Part shown: piece after piece, positions 15,001-27,700 of the stretch
Position numbering within the stretch: position 1 is the stretch's first letter
How the letters are laid out: each line of letters begins with the position of its first letter
Assembly (NCBI GenBank): GCA_002189035.1
Contig: NEEC01000195.1
Coordinates: 2,603 to 66,602, forward strand
Length of the DNA stretch: 64,000 bases
Origin: Utricularia gibba
Taxonomy: Eukaryota > Plantae > Magnoliophyta
Direction of reading: 5' to 3'
Translations under genes and position numbers: made by a program
Notes under the pieces: generated by a model
What the model was told of the DNA's origin: nothing
What the model saw: only the letters and a program-made list of their open reading frames with translations
The model's database searches: none

Positions 15001-18000
15001 CGGTCTTTGGGCACTTGGAACCGGAAAAAGATCAGCTTAGGCTTGCCCAAAGTAAGTTGTAGCCCGGCAAAGAAAGTGATGTATTTATTAACGTTCGGTT
15101 TTCGGGTTGCCTACATGGTTTTTCAAGGAACAGCTTCTCGTTTTGTGGCGGCCAGTCTCGCTAGGAACTTGGTCCGGGCCCGCGATTCTTTATGGCTCAT
15201 GAGGACAAAGGATGCAAATCGATGAATACAATGTTGCATTTGTTTAAATTGCGATATCACGTGCACCCCACATGATTTTTTCAACAACTTACTTTATACT
15301 TGAGAAGGCGGTCTTTGGGTGCACTTGGAACCGGAAAAAGATCAGCTTAGGCCTTGGCCCAAAGTAAGTTGTAGCCCGGCAAAGAAAGTGATGTATTTAT
15401 TAACGTTCGGTTTTCGGTGTTGCCTACATGGTTTTTCAAGGAACAGCTTCTCGTTTTGTGGCGGCCAGTCTCGCTAGGAACTTGGTCCGGGCCCGCGATT
15501 CTTTATGGCTCATGAGGACAAAAGGATGCAAATCGATGAATACAATGTTGCATTTGTTTAAATTGCGATATCACGTGCACCCCACATGATTTTTTCAACA
15601 ACTTACTTTATACTTGAGCAGGGGTCTTTGGGTGCACTGGAACGGGACAAAGTAAGGTTTGGCTTGCAAGAGTTAGTTGTAGTCCGGCAAATAAAGTGAT
15701 GTATTTATTATCGTTCGGTTTTCGGGGCTGCCTACATGGTTTTTCAAGGAACCGCTTCTCGTTTTGTGGCGGCCAGTCTCGCTGGGAACTTGGTCCTGAC
15801 CCCGATTCTGTATGGCTCATGAGGTCAACTGGATGCAAATCGATTAAAAAAAATGATCCATTTGTTTAAATTACGATGTCACGTGCACCCCACATGATTT
15901 TTTAACAACATACTTTATACTGAGAGGCGGTCTTGGGGGCACTTGGAACCGGAAAAAAGATCAGCTTAGGCCTTGGCCCAAAGTAAGTTGTAGCCCGGCA
16001 AAGAAAGTGATGTATTTATTAACGTTCGGTTTTCGGTGTGCCTACATGGTTTTTCAAGGAACAGCTTCTCGTTTTGTGGCGGCCAGTCTCGCTAGGAACT
16101 TGGTCCGGGCCCGCGATTCTTTATGGCTCATGAGGACAAAAGGATGCAAATCGATGAATACAAATGTTGCATTTGTTTAAATTGCGATATCACGTGCACC
16201 CCACATGATTTTTTCAACAACTTACTTTATACTTGAGAAGGCGGTCTTTGGGTGCACTTGGAACCGGAAAAAGCTTAGGCCTTGGCCCAAAGTAAGTTGT
16301 AGCCCGGCAAAGAAAGTGATGTATTTATTAACGTTCGGTTTTCGGTGTTGCCTACATGGTTTTTCAAGGAACAGCTTCTCGTTTTGTGGCGGCCAGTCTC
16401 GCTAGGAACTTGGTCCGGGCCCCGATTCTTTATGGCTCATGAGGACAAAAGGATGCAAATCGATGAATACAATGTTGCATTTGTTTAAATTGCGATATCA
16501 CGTGCACCCCACATGATTTTTTCAACAACTACTTTATACTTGAGAAGGCGGTCTTTGGGTGCACCTGGAACGGAAAAAGGTAAGGTTTGGCTTGCAGTTA
16601 GTTGTAGTCCGGCAAATAAAGTGATGTATTTATTATCGTCGGTTTTCGGGGGCTGCCTACATGTTTTTCAAGGAACCGCTTCTCGTTTTGTGGCGGCCAG
16701 TCTCGCTGGGAACTTGGTCCTTGACCCCGATTCTTATGGCTCATGAGGACAAAAGGATGCAAATCGATGAAAAAATGTTGCATTTGTTTAAATTGCGATG
16801 TCACGTGCACCCCACATGATTTTTTCAACAACTTACTTTATACTTGAGAAGGCGGTCTTTGGGTGCACTTGGAACCGGAAAAAGATCAGCTTAGGCCTTG
16901 GCCAAAGTAAGTTGTAGCCCGGCAAAGAAAGTGATGTATTTATTAACGTTCGGTTTTCGGTGTTGCCTACATGGTTTTTCAAGGAACAGCTTCTCGTTTT
17001 GTGGCGGCCAGTCTCGCTAGGAACTTGGTCCGGGCCCGCGATTCTTTATGGCTCATGAGGACAAAAGGATGCAAATCGATGAATACAATGTTTTGTTTAA
17101 ATTGCGATATCACGTGCACCCACATGATTTTTTCAACAACTTACTTTATACATGAGGAGGCGGTCTTGGGGGCACTTGGAACGGAAAAAGTCAGCTTAGG
17201 CCTTGCCCAAAGTAAGTTGTAGTCCGGCAAATAAAGTGATGTATTTATTAACGTTCGGTTTTCGGGGGTTGCCTACATGGTTTTTCAAGGAACAGCTTCT
17301 CGTTTTGTGGCGGCCAGTCTCGCTGGGAACTTGGTCCGGCCCCGATTCTTATGGCTCATGAGGTCAAAGGATGCAAATCGATTAAAAAAATGTTGCATTT
17401 GTTTAAATTATATCACGTGCACCCCACATGATTTTTTCAACAACTTACTTTATACTTGAGAGGCGGTCTTTGGGTGCACTTGGAACCGGAAAAAGTCAGC
17501 TTAGGCCTTGCCCAAAGTAAGTTGTAGCCCGGCAAAAAAGTGATGTATTTATTATCGTTCGGTTTTCGGGTTGCCTACATGGTTTTTCAAGGAACGCTTC
17601 TCGTTTTGTGGCGGCCAGTCTCGCTGGGAACTTGGTCCTTGACCCCGATTCTGTATGGCTCATGGTCAACTGGATGCAAATCGATTAAAAAAAATGATGC
17701 ATTTGTTTAAATTACGATGTCACGTGCACCCCACATGATTTTTTTAACAACTTACTTTATACTTGAGAAGGCGGTCTTTGGGTGCACTTGGAACCGGAAA
17801 AAGATCAGCTTAGGCCTTGGCCCAAAGTAAGTTGTAGCCCGGCAAAGAAAGTGATGTATTTATTAACGTTCGGTTTTCGGTGTTGCCTACATGGTTTTTC
17901 AAGGAACAGCTTCTCGTTTTGTGGCGGCCAGTCTCGCTAGGAACTTGGTCCGGGCCCGCGATTCTTTATGGCTCATGAGGACAAAAGGATGCAAATCGAT

Positions 18001-21000
18001 GAATACAATGTTGCATTTGTTTAAATTGCGATATCACGTGCACCCCACATGATTTTTTTCAACAACTTACTTTATACTTGAGCAGGCGGTCTTGGGTGCA
18101 CCTGGAACGGGAAAAGGTAAGTTTGGCTTGCACGAGAGTTAGTTGTAGTCCGGCAAAAAAGTGATGTATTTATTATCGTTCGGTTTTCGGGGGCTGCCTA
18201 CATGGTTTTTCAAGGAACCGCTTCTCGTTTTGTGGCGGCCAGTCTCGCTGGGAACTTGGTCCTTGACCCCGATTCTGTATGGCTCATGGTCAACTGGATG
18301 CAAATCGATTAAAAAAAATGATGCATTTGTTTAAATTATGATGTCACGTGCACCCCACATGATTTTTTAACAACTTACTTTATACTTGAGAAGGCGGTCT
18401 TTGGGGCACTTGGAACCGGAAAAAGATCAGCTTAGGCCTTGGCCCAAAGTAAGTTGTAGCCCGGCAAAGAAAGTGATGTATTTATTAACGTTCGGTTTTC
18501 GGTGTTGCCTACATGGTTTTTCAAGGAACAGCTTCTCGTTTGTGGCGGCCAGTCTCGCTAGGAACTTGGTCCGGGCCCGCGATTCTTTATGGCTCATGAG
18601 GACAAAAGGATGCAAATCGATGAATACAATGTTGCATTTGTTTAAATTGCGATATCACGTGCACCCCACATGATTTTTTCAACAACTTACTTTATACTTG
18701 AGCAGGCGGTCTTTGGGGCACCTGGAACGGGACAAAGGTAAGGTTTGGCTTGGAGAGTTAGTTGTAGTCCGGCAAATAAAGTGATGTATTTATTATCGTT
18801 CGGTTTTCGGGGCTGCCTACATGGTTTTTCAAGGAACCGCTTCTCGTTTTGTGGCGGCCAGTCTCGCTGGGAACTTGGTCCTTGACCCCGATTCTGTATG
18901 GCTCATGAGGTCAACTGGATGCAAATCGATTAAAAAAAATGATGCATTTGTTTAAATTACGATGTCACGTGCACCCCACATGATTTTTTTAACAACATAC
19001 TTTATACATGAGGAGGCGGTTTGGGCACTTGGAACCGGAAAAAGGTCAGCTTAGGCCTTGGCCCAAAGTAAGTTGTAGCCCGGCAAAGAAAGTGATGTAT
19101 TTATTAACGTTCGGTTTTCGGTGTTGCCTACATGGTTTTTCAAGGAACAGCTTCTCGTTTTGTGGCGGCCAGTCTCGCTAGGAACTTGGTCCGGCCCGCG
19201 ATTCTTTATGGCTCATGAGGACAAAAGGATGCAAATCGATGAATACAATGTTGCATTTGTTTAAATTGCGATATCACGTGCACCCCACATGATTTTTTCA
19301 ACAACTTACTTTATACTTGAGGAGGCGGTCTTGGGGCACTTGGAACGGAAAAAGTCAGCTTAGGCCTTGGCCCAAAGTAAGTTGTAGCCCGGCAAAGAAA
19401 GTGATGTATTTATTAACGTTCGGTTTTCGGTGTTGCCTACATGGTTTTTCAAGGAACAGCTTCTCGTTTTGTGGCGGCCAGTCTCGCTAGGAACTTGGTC
19501 CGGGCCCGCGATTCTTTATGGCTCATGAGGACAAAAGGATGCAAATCGATGAATACAATGTTGCATTTGTTTAAATTGCGATATCACGTGCACCCCACAT
19601 GATTTTTTTAACAACTTACTTTATACTTGAGAGGCGGTCTTTGGGTGCACTTGGAACGGAAAAGTTTGGCTTGCAAAAAGTTAGTTGTAGTCCGGCAAAT
19701 AAAGTGATGTATTTATTATCGTTCGGTTTTCGGGGGCTGCCTACATGGTTTTTCAAGGAACCGCTTCTCGTTTTGTGGCGGCCAGTCTCGCTGGGAACTT
19801 GGTCCTTGACCCCGATTCTTATGGCTCATGAGGTCAACTGGATGCAAATCGATTAAAAAAATGTTGCATTTGTTTAAATTGCGATGTCACGTGCACCCCA
19901 CATGATTTTTTCAACAACTTACTTTATACTTGAGAGGCGGTCTTTGGTGCACTTGGAACGGAAAAAGATCAGCTTAGGCCTTGGCCCAAAGTAAGTTGTA
20001 GCCCGGCAAAGAAAGTGATGTATTTATTAACGTTCGGTTTTCGGTGTTGCCTACATGGTTTTTCAAGGAACAGCTTCTCGTTTTTGGCGGCCAGTCTCGC
20101 TAGGAACTTGGTCCGGGCCCGCGATTCTTTATGGCTCATGAGGACAAAAGGATGCAAATCGATGAATACAATGTTGCATTTGTTTAAATTGCGATATCAC
20201 GTGCACCCCACATGATTTTTTCAACAACTTACTTTATACTTGAGAGGCGGTCTTTGGGGCACTTGGAACGGAAAAAGTCAGCTTAGGCCTTGGCCCAAAG
20301 TAAGTTGTAGTCCGGCAAATAAAGTGATGTATTTATTATCGTTCGGTTTTCGGGGGCTGCCTACATGGTTTTTCAAGGAACCGCTTCTCGTTTTGTGGCG
20401 GCCAGTCTCGCTGGGAACTTGGTCCTTGACCCCGATTCTGTATGGCTCATGAGGTCAACTGGATGCAAATCGATTAAAAAAATGATGCATTTGTTTAAAT
20501 TATGATGTCACGTGCACCCCACATGATTTTTTCAACAACTTACTTTATACTTGAGAGGCGGTCTTTGGGTGCACTTGGAACCGGAAAAAGATCAGCTTAG
20601 GCCTTGGCCCAAAGTAAGTTGTAGCCCGGCAAAGAAAGTGATGTATTTATTAACGTTCGGTTTTCGGTTGCCTACATGGTTTTTCAAGGAACAGCTTCTC
20701 GTTTGTGGCGGCCAGTCTCGCGGAACTTGGTCCTTGACCCCGATTCTGTATGGCTCATGAGGTCAACTGGATGCAAATCGATTAAAAAAAATGATGCATT
20801 TGTTTAAATTACGATGTCACGTGCACCCCACATGATTTTTTAACAACATACTTTATACTTGAGAGGCGGTCTTGGGTGCACTTGGAACCGGAAAAAGTCA
20901 GCTTAGGCCTTGGCCCAAAGTAAGTTGTAGCCCGGCAAAGAAAGTGATGTATTTATTAACGTTCGGTTTTCGGTGTTGCCTACATGGTTTTTCAAGGAAC

Positions 21001-21747
21001 AGCTTCTCGTTTTGTGGCGGCCAGTCTCGCTAGGAACTTGGTCCGGGCCCGCGATTCTTTATGGCTCATGAGGACAAAGGATGCAAATCGATGAATACAA
21101 TGTTGCATTTGTTTAAATTGCGATATCACGTGCACCCCACATGATTTTTTCAACAACTTACTTTATACTTGAGCAGGCGGTCTTTGGGTGCACTGGAACG
21201 GGACAAAGGTAAGGTTTGGCTTGCCCGAGTTAGTTGTAGTCCGGCAAATAAAGTGATGTATTTATTATCGTTCGGTTTTCGGGGGCTGCCTACATGGTTT
21301 TTCAAGGAACGCTTCTCGTTTTGTGGCGGCCAGTCTCGCTGGGAACTTGGTCCTTGACCCCGATTCTGTATGGCTCATGAGGTCAACTGGATGCAAATCG
21401 ATTAAAAAAAATGATGCATTTGTTTAAATTACGATGTCACGTGCACCCCACATGATTTTTCAACAACTTACTTTATACTTGAGAGGCGGTCTTTGGGGCA
21501 CTTGGAACCGGAAAAAGATCAGCTTAGGCCTTGGCCCAAAGTAAGTTGTAGCCCGGCAAAGAAAGTGATGTATTTATTAACGTTCGGTTTTCGGTGTTGC
21601 CTACATGGTTTTTCAAGGAACAGCTTCTCGTTTTGTGGCGGCCAGTCTCGCTAGGAACTTGGTCCGGGCCCGCGATTCTTATGGCTCATGAGGACAAAAG
21701 GATGCAAATCGATGAATACAATGTTGCATTTGTTTAAATTGCGATAT

Positions 21748-24700
21748 CACGTGCACCCCACATGATTTTTTCAACAACTTACTTTATACTTGAAGGCGGT
21801 CTTTGGGTGCACCTGGAACGGGACAAAGGTAGGTTTGGCTTGCACCGAGAGTTAGTTGTAGTCCGGCAAATAAAGTGATGTATTTATTATCGTTCGGTTT
21901 TCGGGGGCTGCCTACATGGTTTTTCAAGGAACCGCTTCTCGTTTTGTGGCGGCCAGTCTCGCTGGGAACTTGGTCCTTGACCCCGATTCTGTATGGCTCA
22001 TGAGGTCAACTGGATGCAAATCGATTAAAAAAAATGATGCATTTGTTTAAATTACGATGTCACGTGCACCCCACATGATTTTTTTAACAACATACTTTAT
22101 ACATGAGGAGGCGGTCTTTGGGGCACTTGGAACCGGAAAAGGTCAGCTTAGGCCTTGGCCCAAAGTAAGTTGTAGCCCGGCAAAGAAAGTGATGTATTTA
22201 TTAACGTTCGGTTTTCGGTGTTGCCTACATGGTTTTTCAAGGAACAGCTTCTCGTTTTGTGGCGGCCAGTCTCGCTAGGAACTTGGTCCGGCCCCGATTC
22301 TTATGGCTCATGAGGACAAAAGGATGCAAATCGATGAAACAATGTTGCATTTGTTTAAATTGCGATATCACGTGCACCCCACATGATTTTTTCAACAACT
22401 TACTTTATACTTGAGCAGGCGGTCTTTGGGTGCACCTGGAACGGACAAAGGTTTGGCTTGCACCGAGAGTTAGTTGTAGTCCGGCAAATAAAGTGATGTA
22501 TTTATTATCGTTCGGTTTTCGGGGCTGCCTACATGGTTTTCAAGGAACGCTTCTCGTTTTGTGGCGGCCAGTCTCGCTGGAACTTGGTCCTTGACCCCGA
22601 TTCTGTATGGCTCATGAGGTCAAGGATGCAAATCGATTAAAAAAAATGATGCATTTGTTTAAATTACGATGTCACGTGCACCCCACATGATTTTTTTAAC
22701 AACTTACTTTATACATGAGGAGGCGGTCTTTGGGGGCACTTGGAACGGAAAAAGGTCAGCTTAGGCCTTGGCCCAAAGTAAGTTGTAGCCCGGCAAAGAA
22801 AGTGATGTATTTATTAACGTTCGGTTTTCGGTGTTGCCTACATGGTTTTTCAAGGAACAGCTTCTCGTTTTGTGGCGGCCAGTCTCGCTAGGAACTTGGT
22901 CCGGGCCCGCGATTCTTTATGGCTCATGAGGACAAAAGGATGCAAATCGATGAATACAATGTTGCATTTGTTTAAATTGCGATATCACGTGCACCCCACA
23001 TGATTTTTTCAACAACTTACTTTATACTTGAGCAGGCGGTCTTGGGTGCACCTGGAACGGACAAAGGTAAGGTTTGGCTTGCGAGAGTTAGTTGTAGTCC
23101 GGCAAATAAAGTGATGTATTTATTATCGTTCGGTTTTCGGGGCTGCCTACATGGTTTTTCAAGGAACCGCTTCTCGTTTTGTGGCGGCCAGTCTCGCTGG
23201 GAACTTGGTCCTTGACCCCGATTCTGTATGGCTCATGAGGTCAACTGGATGCAAATCGATTAAAAAAAATGATGCATTTGTTTAAATTACGATGTCACGT
23301 GCACCCCACATGATTTTTTTAACAACATACTTTATACTTGAGGAGCGGTCTTGGGTGCACTTGGAACCGGAAAAAGGTCAGCTTAGGCCTTGGCCCAAAG
23401 TAAGTTGTAGCCCGGCAAAGAAAGTGATGTATTTATTAACGTTCGGTTTTCGGTGTTGCCTACATGGTTTTTCAAGGAACAGCTTCTCGTTTTGTGGCGG
23501 CCAGTCTCGCTAGGAACTTGGTCCGGGCCCGCGATTCTTTATGGCTCATGAGGACAAAAAGGATGCAAATCGATGAATACAATGTTGCATTTGTTTAAAT
23601 TGCGATATCACGTGCACCCCACATGATTTTTCAACAACTTACTTTATACTTGAGCAGGCGGTCTTTGGGTGCACCTGGAACGGACAAAGGTAAGGTTTGG
23701 CTTGCACCGAGAGTTAGTTGTAGTCCGGCAAATAAAGTGATGTATTTATTATCGTTCGGTTTTCGGGGCTGCCTACATGGTTTTTCAAGGAACCGCTTCT
23801 CGTTTGTGGCGGCCAGTCTCGCTGGAACTTGGTCCTTGACCCCGATTCTGTATGGCTCATGAGGTCAACTGGATGCAAATCGATTAAAAAATTTGTTTAA
23901 ATTACGATGTCACGTGATTTTTTTATACATACATTTTGGGGGCTTGGAACCGGAAAAAGTCAGCTTAGGCCTTGGCCCAAAGTAAGTTGTAGCCCGGCAA
24001 AGAAAGTGATGTATTTATTAACGTTCGGTTTTCGGTGTTGCCTACATGGTTTTTCAAGGAACAGCTTCTCGTTTTGTGGCGGCCAGTCTCGCTAGGAACT
24101 TGGTCCGGGCCCGCGATTCTTTATGGCTCATGAGGACAAAAGGATGCAAATCGATGAATACAATGTTGCATTTGTTTAAATTGCGATATCACGTGCACCC
24201 CACATGATTTTTTCAACAACTTACTTTATACTTGAGCAGGCGGTCTTTGGGTGCACTGGAACGGGACAAAGGTCAGTTTGGCTTGCCGAGAGTTAGTTGT
24301 AGTCCGGCAAATAAAGTGATGTATTTATTATCGTTCGGTTTTCGGGGGCTGCCTACATGGTTTTTCAAGGAACCGCTTCTCGTTTTGTGGCGGCCAGTCT
24401 CGCTGGGAACTTGGTCCTTGACCCCGATTCTGTATGGCTCATGAGGTCAACTGGATGCAAATCGATTAAAAAAAATGATGCATTTGTTTAAATTACGATG
24501 TCACGTGCACCCACATGATTTTTTTTAACAACATACTTTATACATGAGGAGGCGGTCTTGGGGGCACTTGGAACCGGAAAAAGGTCAGCTTAGGCCTTGG
24601 CCCAAAGTAAGTTGTAGCCCGGCAAAGAAAGTGATGTATTTATTAACGTTCGGTTTTCGGTGTTGCCTACATGGTTTTTCAAGGAACAGCTTCTCGTTTT

Positions 24701-27700
24701 GTGGCGGCCAGTCTCGCTAGGAACTTGGTCCGGGCCCGCGATTCTTTATGGCTCATGAGGACAAAAGGATGCAAATCGATGAATACAATGTTGCATTTGT
24801 TTAAATTGCGATATCACGTGCACCCCACATGATTTTTTCAACAACTTACTTTATACTTGAGCAGGCGGTCTTTGGGTGCACCTGGAACGGGACAAAGGTA
24901 AGGTTTGGCTTGCACCGAGAGTTAGTTGTAGTCCGGCAAATAAAGTGATGTATTTATTATCGTTCGGTTTTCGGGGGCTGCCTACATGGTTTTTCAAGGA
25001 ACCGCTTCTCGTTTTGTGGCGGCCAGTCTCGCTGGGAACTTGGTCCTTGACCCCGATTCTGTATGGCTCATGAGGTCAACTGGATGCAAATCGATTAAAA
25101 AAATGATGCATTTGTTTAAATTACGATGTCACGTGCACCCCACATGATTTTTTTAACAACATACTTTATACATGAGGAGGCGGTCTTGGGGGCACTTGGA
25201 ACCGGAAAAGGTCAGCTTAGGCCTTGGCCCAAAGTAAGTTGTAGCCCGGCAAAGAAAGTGATGTATTTATTAACGTTCGGTTTTCGGTGTTGCCTACATG
25301 GTTTTTCAAGGAACAGCTTCTCGTTTTGTGGCGGCCAGTCTCGCGGAACTTGGTCCTTGCCCCGATTCTTATGGCTCATGAGGACAAGGATGCAAATCGA
25401 TGAAACAATGTTGCATTTGTTTAAATTGCGATATCACGTGCACCCCACATGATTTTTTTTTCAACTTACTTTATACTTGAGGAGGCGGTCTTGGGGGCAC
25501 TTGGAACGGAAAAAGATCAGCTTGGCTTGGCCAAAGTAAGTTGTAGTCCGGCAAATAAAGTGATGTATTTATTATCGTTCGGTTTTCGGGGGCTGCCTAC
25601 ATGGTTTTTCAAGGAACCGCTTCTCGTTTTGTGGCGGCCAGTCTCGCTGGGAACTTGGTCCTTGACCCCGATTCTGTATGGCTCATGAGGTCAACTGGAT
25701 GCAAATCGATTAAAAAAAATGATGCATTTGTTTAAATTAGATGTCACGTGCACCCCACATGATTTTTTTAACAACATACTTTATACTTGAGAGGCGGTCT
25801 TTGGGGCACTTGGAACCGGAAAAAGGTCAGCTTAGGCCTTGGCCCAAAGTAAGTTGTAGCCCGGCAAAGAAAGTGATGTATTTATTAACGTTCGGTTTTC
25901 GGTGTTGCCTACATGGTTTTTCAAGGAACAGCTTCTCGTTTTGTGGCGGCCAGTCTCGCTAGGAACTTGGTCCGGGCCCGCGATTCTTTATGGCTCATGA
26001 GGACAAAAGGATGCAAATCGATGAATACAATGTTGCATTTGTTTAAATTGCGATATCACGTGCACCCCACATGATTTTTTCAACAACTTACTTTATACTT
26101 GAGCAGGCGGTCTTTGGGTGCACCTGGAACGGGACAAAGGTAAGGTTTGGCTTGCACCGAGAGTTAGTTGTAGTCCGGCAAATAAAGTGATGTATTTATT
26201 ATCGTTCGGTTTTCGGGGGCTGCCTACATGGTTTTTCAAGGAACCGCTTCTCGTTTTGTGGCGGCCAGTCTCGCTGGGAACTTGGTCCTTGACCCCGATT
26301 CTGTATGGCTCATGAGGTCAACTGGATGCAAATCGATTAAAAAAAATGATGCATTTGTTTAAATTACGATGTCACGTGCACCCCACATGATTTTTTTAAC
26401 AACATACTTTATACATGAGGAGGCGGTCTTGGGGCACTTGGAACCGGAAAAAGGTCAGCTTAGGCCTTGGCCCAAAGTAAGTTGTAGCCCGGCAAAGAAA
26501 GTGATGTATTTATTAACGTTCGGTTTTCGGTGTTGCCTACATGGTTTTTCAAGGAACAGCTTCTCGTTTTGTGGCGGCCAGTCTCGCTAGGAACTTGGTC
26601 CGGGCCCGCGATTCTTTATGGCTCATGAGGACAAAAGGATGCAAATCGATGAATACAATGTTGCATTTGTTTAAATTGCGATATCACGTGCACCCCACAT
26701 GATTTTTTCAACAACTTACTTTATACTTGAGAGGCGGTCTTTGGGTGCACCTGGAACGGACAAAAAGGTTTGGCTTTTGCCGAGAGTTAGTTGTAGTCCG
26801 GCAAATAAAGTGATGTATTTATTATCGTTCGGTTTTCGGGGCTGCCTACATGGTTTTTCAAGGAACCGCTTCTCGTTTTGTGGCGGCCAGTCTCGCTGGG
26901 AACTTGGTCCTTGACCCCGATTCTGTATGGCTCATGAGGTCAACTGGATGCAAATCGATTAAAAAAAATGATGCATTTGTTTAAATTACGATGTCACGTG
27001 CACCCCACATGATTTTTTTAACAACATACTTTATACATGAGGAGGCGGTCTTGGGGGCACTTGGAACCGGAAAAAGGTCAGCTTAGGCCTTGGCCCAAAG
27101 TAAGTTGTAGCCCGGCAAAAGAAAGTGATGTATTTATTAACGTTCGGTTTTCGGTGTTGCCTACATGGTTTTTCAAGGAACAGCTTCTCGTTTTTGGCGG
27201 CCAGTCTCGCTAGGAACTTGGTCCGGGCCCGCGATTCTTTATGGCTCATGAGGACAAAAGGATGCAAATCGATGAATACAATGTTGCATTTGTTTAAATT
27301 GCGATATCACGTGCACCCCACATGATTTTTTCAACAACTTACTTTATACTTGAGCAGGCGGTCTTTGGGTGCACCTGGAACGGGACAAAGGTAAGTTGGC
27401 TTGCAAAAGTTAGTTGTAGTCCGGCAAATAAATGATGTATTTATTATCGTTCGGTTTCGGGGGCTGCCTACATGGTTTTTCAAGGAACCGCTTCTCGTTT
27501 TGTGGCGGCCAGTCTCGCTGGAACTTGGTCCTTGACCCCGATTCTGTATGGCTCATGAGGTCAACTGGATGCAAATCGATTAAAAAAAATGATGCATTTG
27601 TTTAAATTACGATGTCACGTGCACCCCACATGATTTTTTAACAACATACTTTATACATGAGGAGGCGGTCTTGGGGCACTTGGAACCGGAAAAAGGTCAG

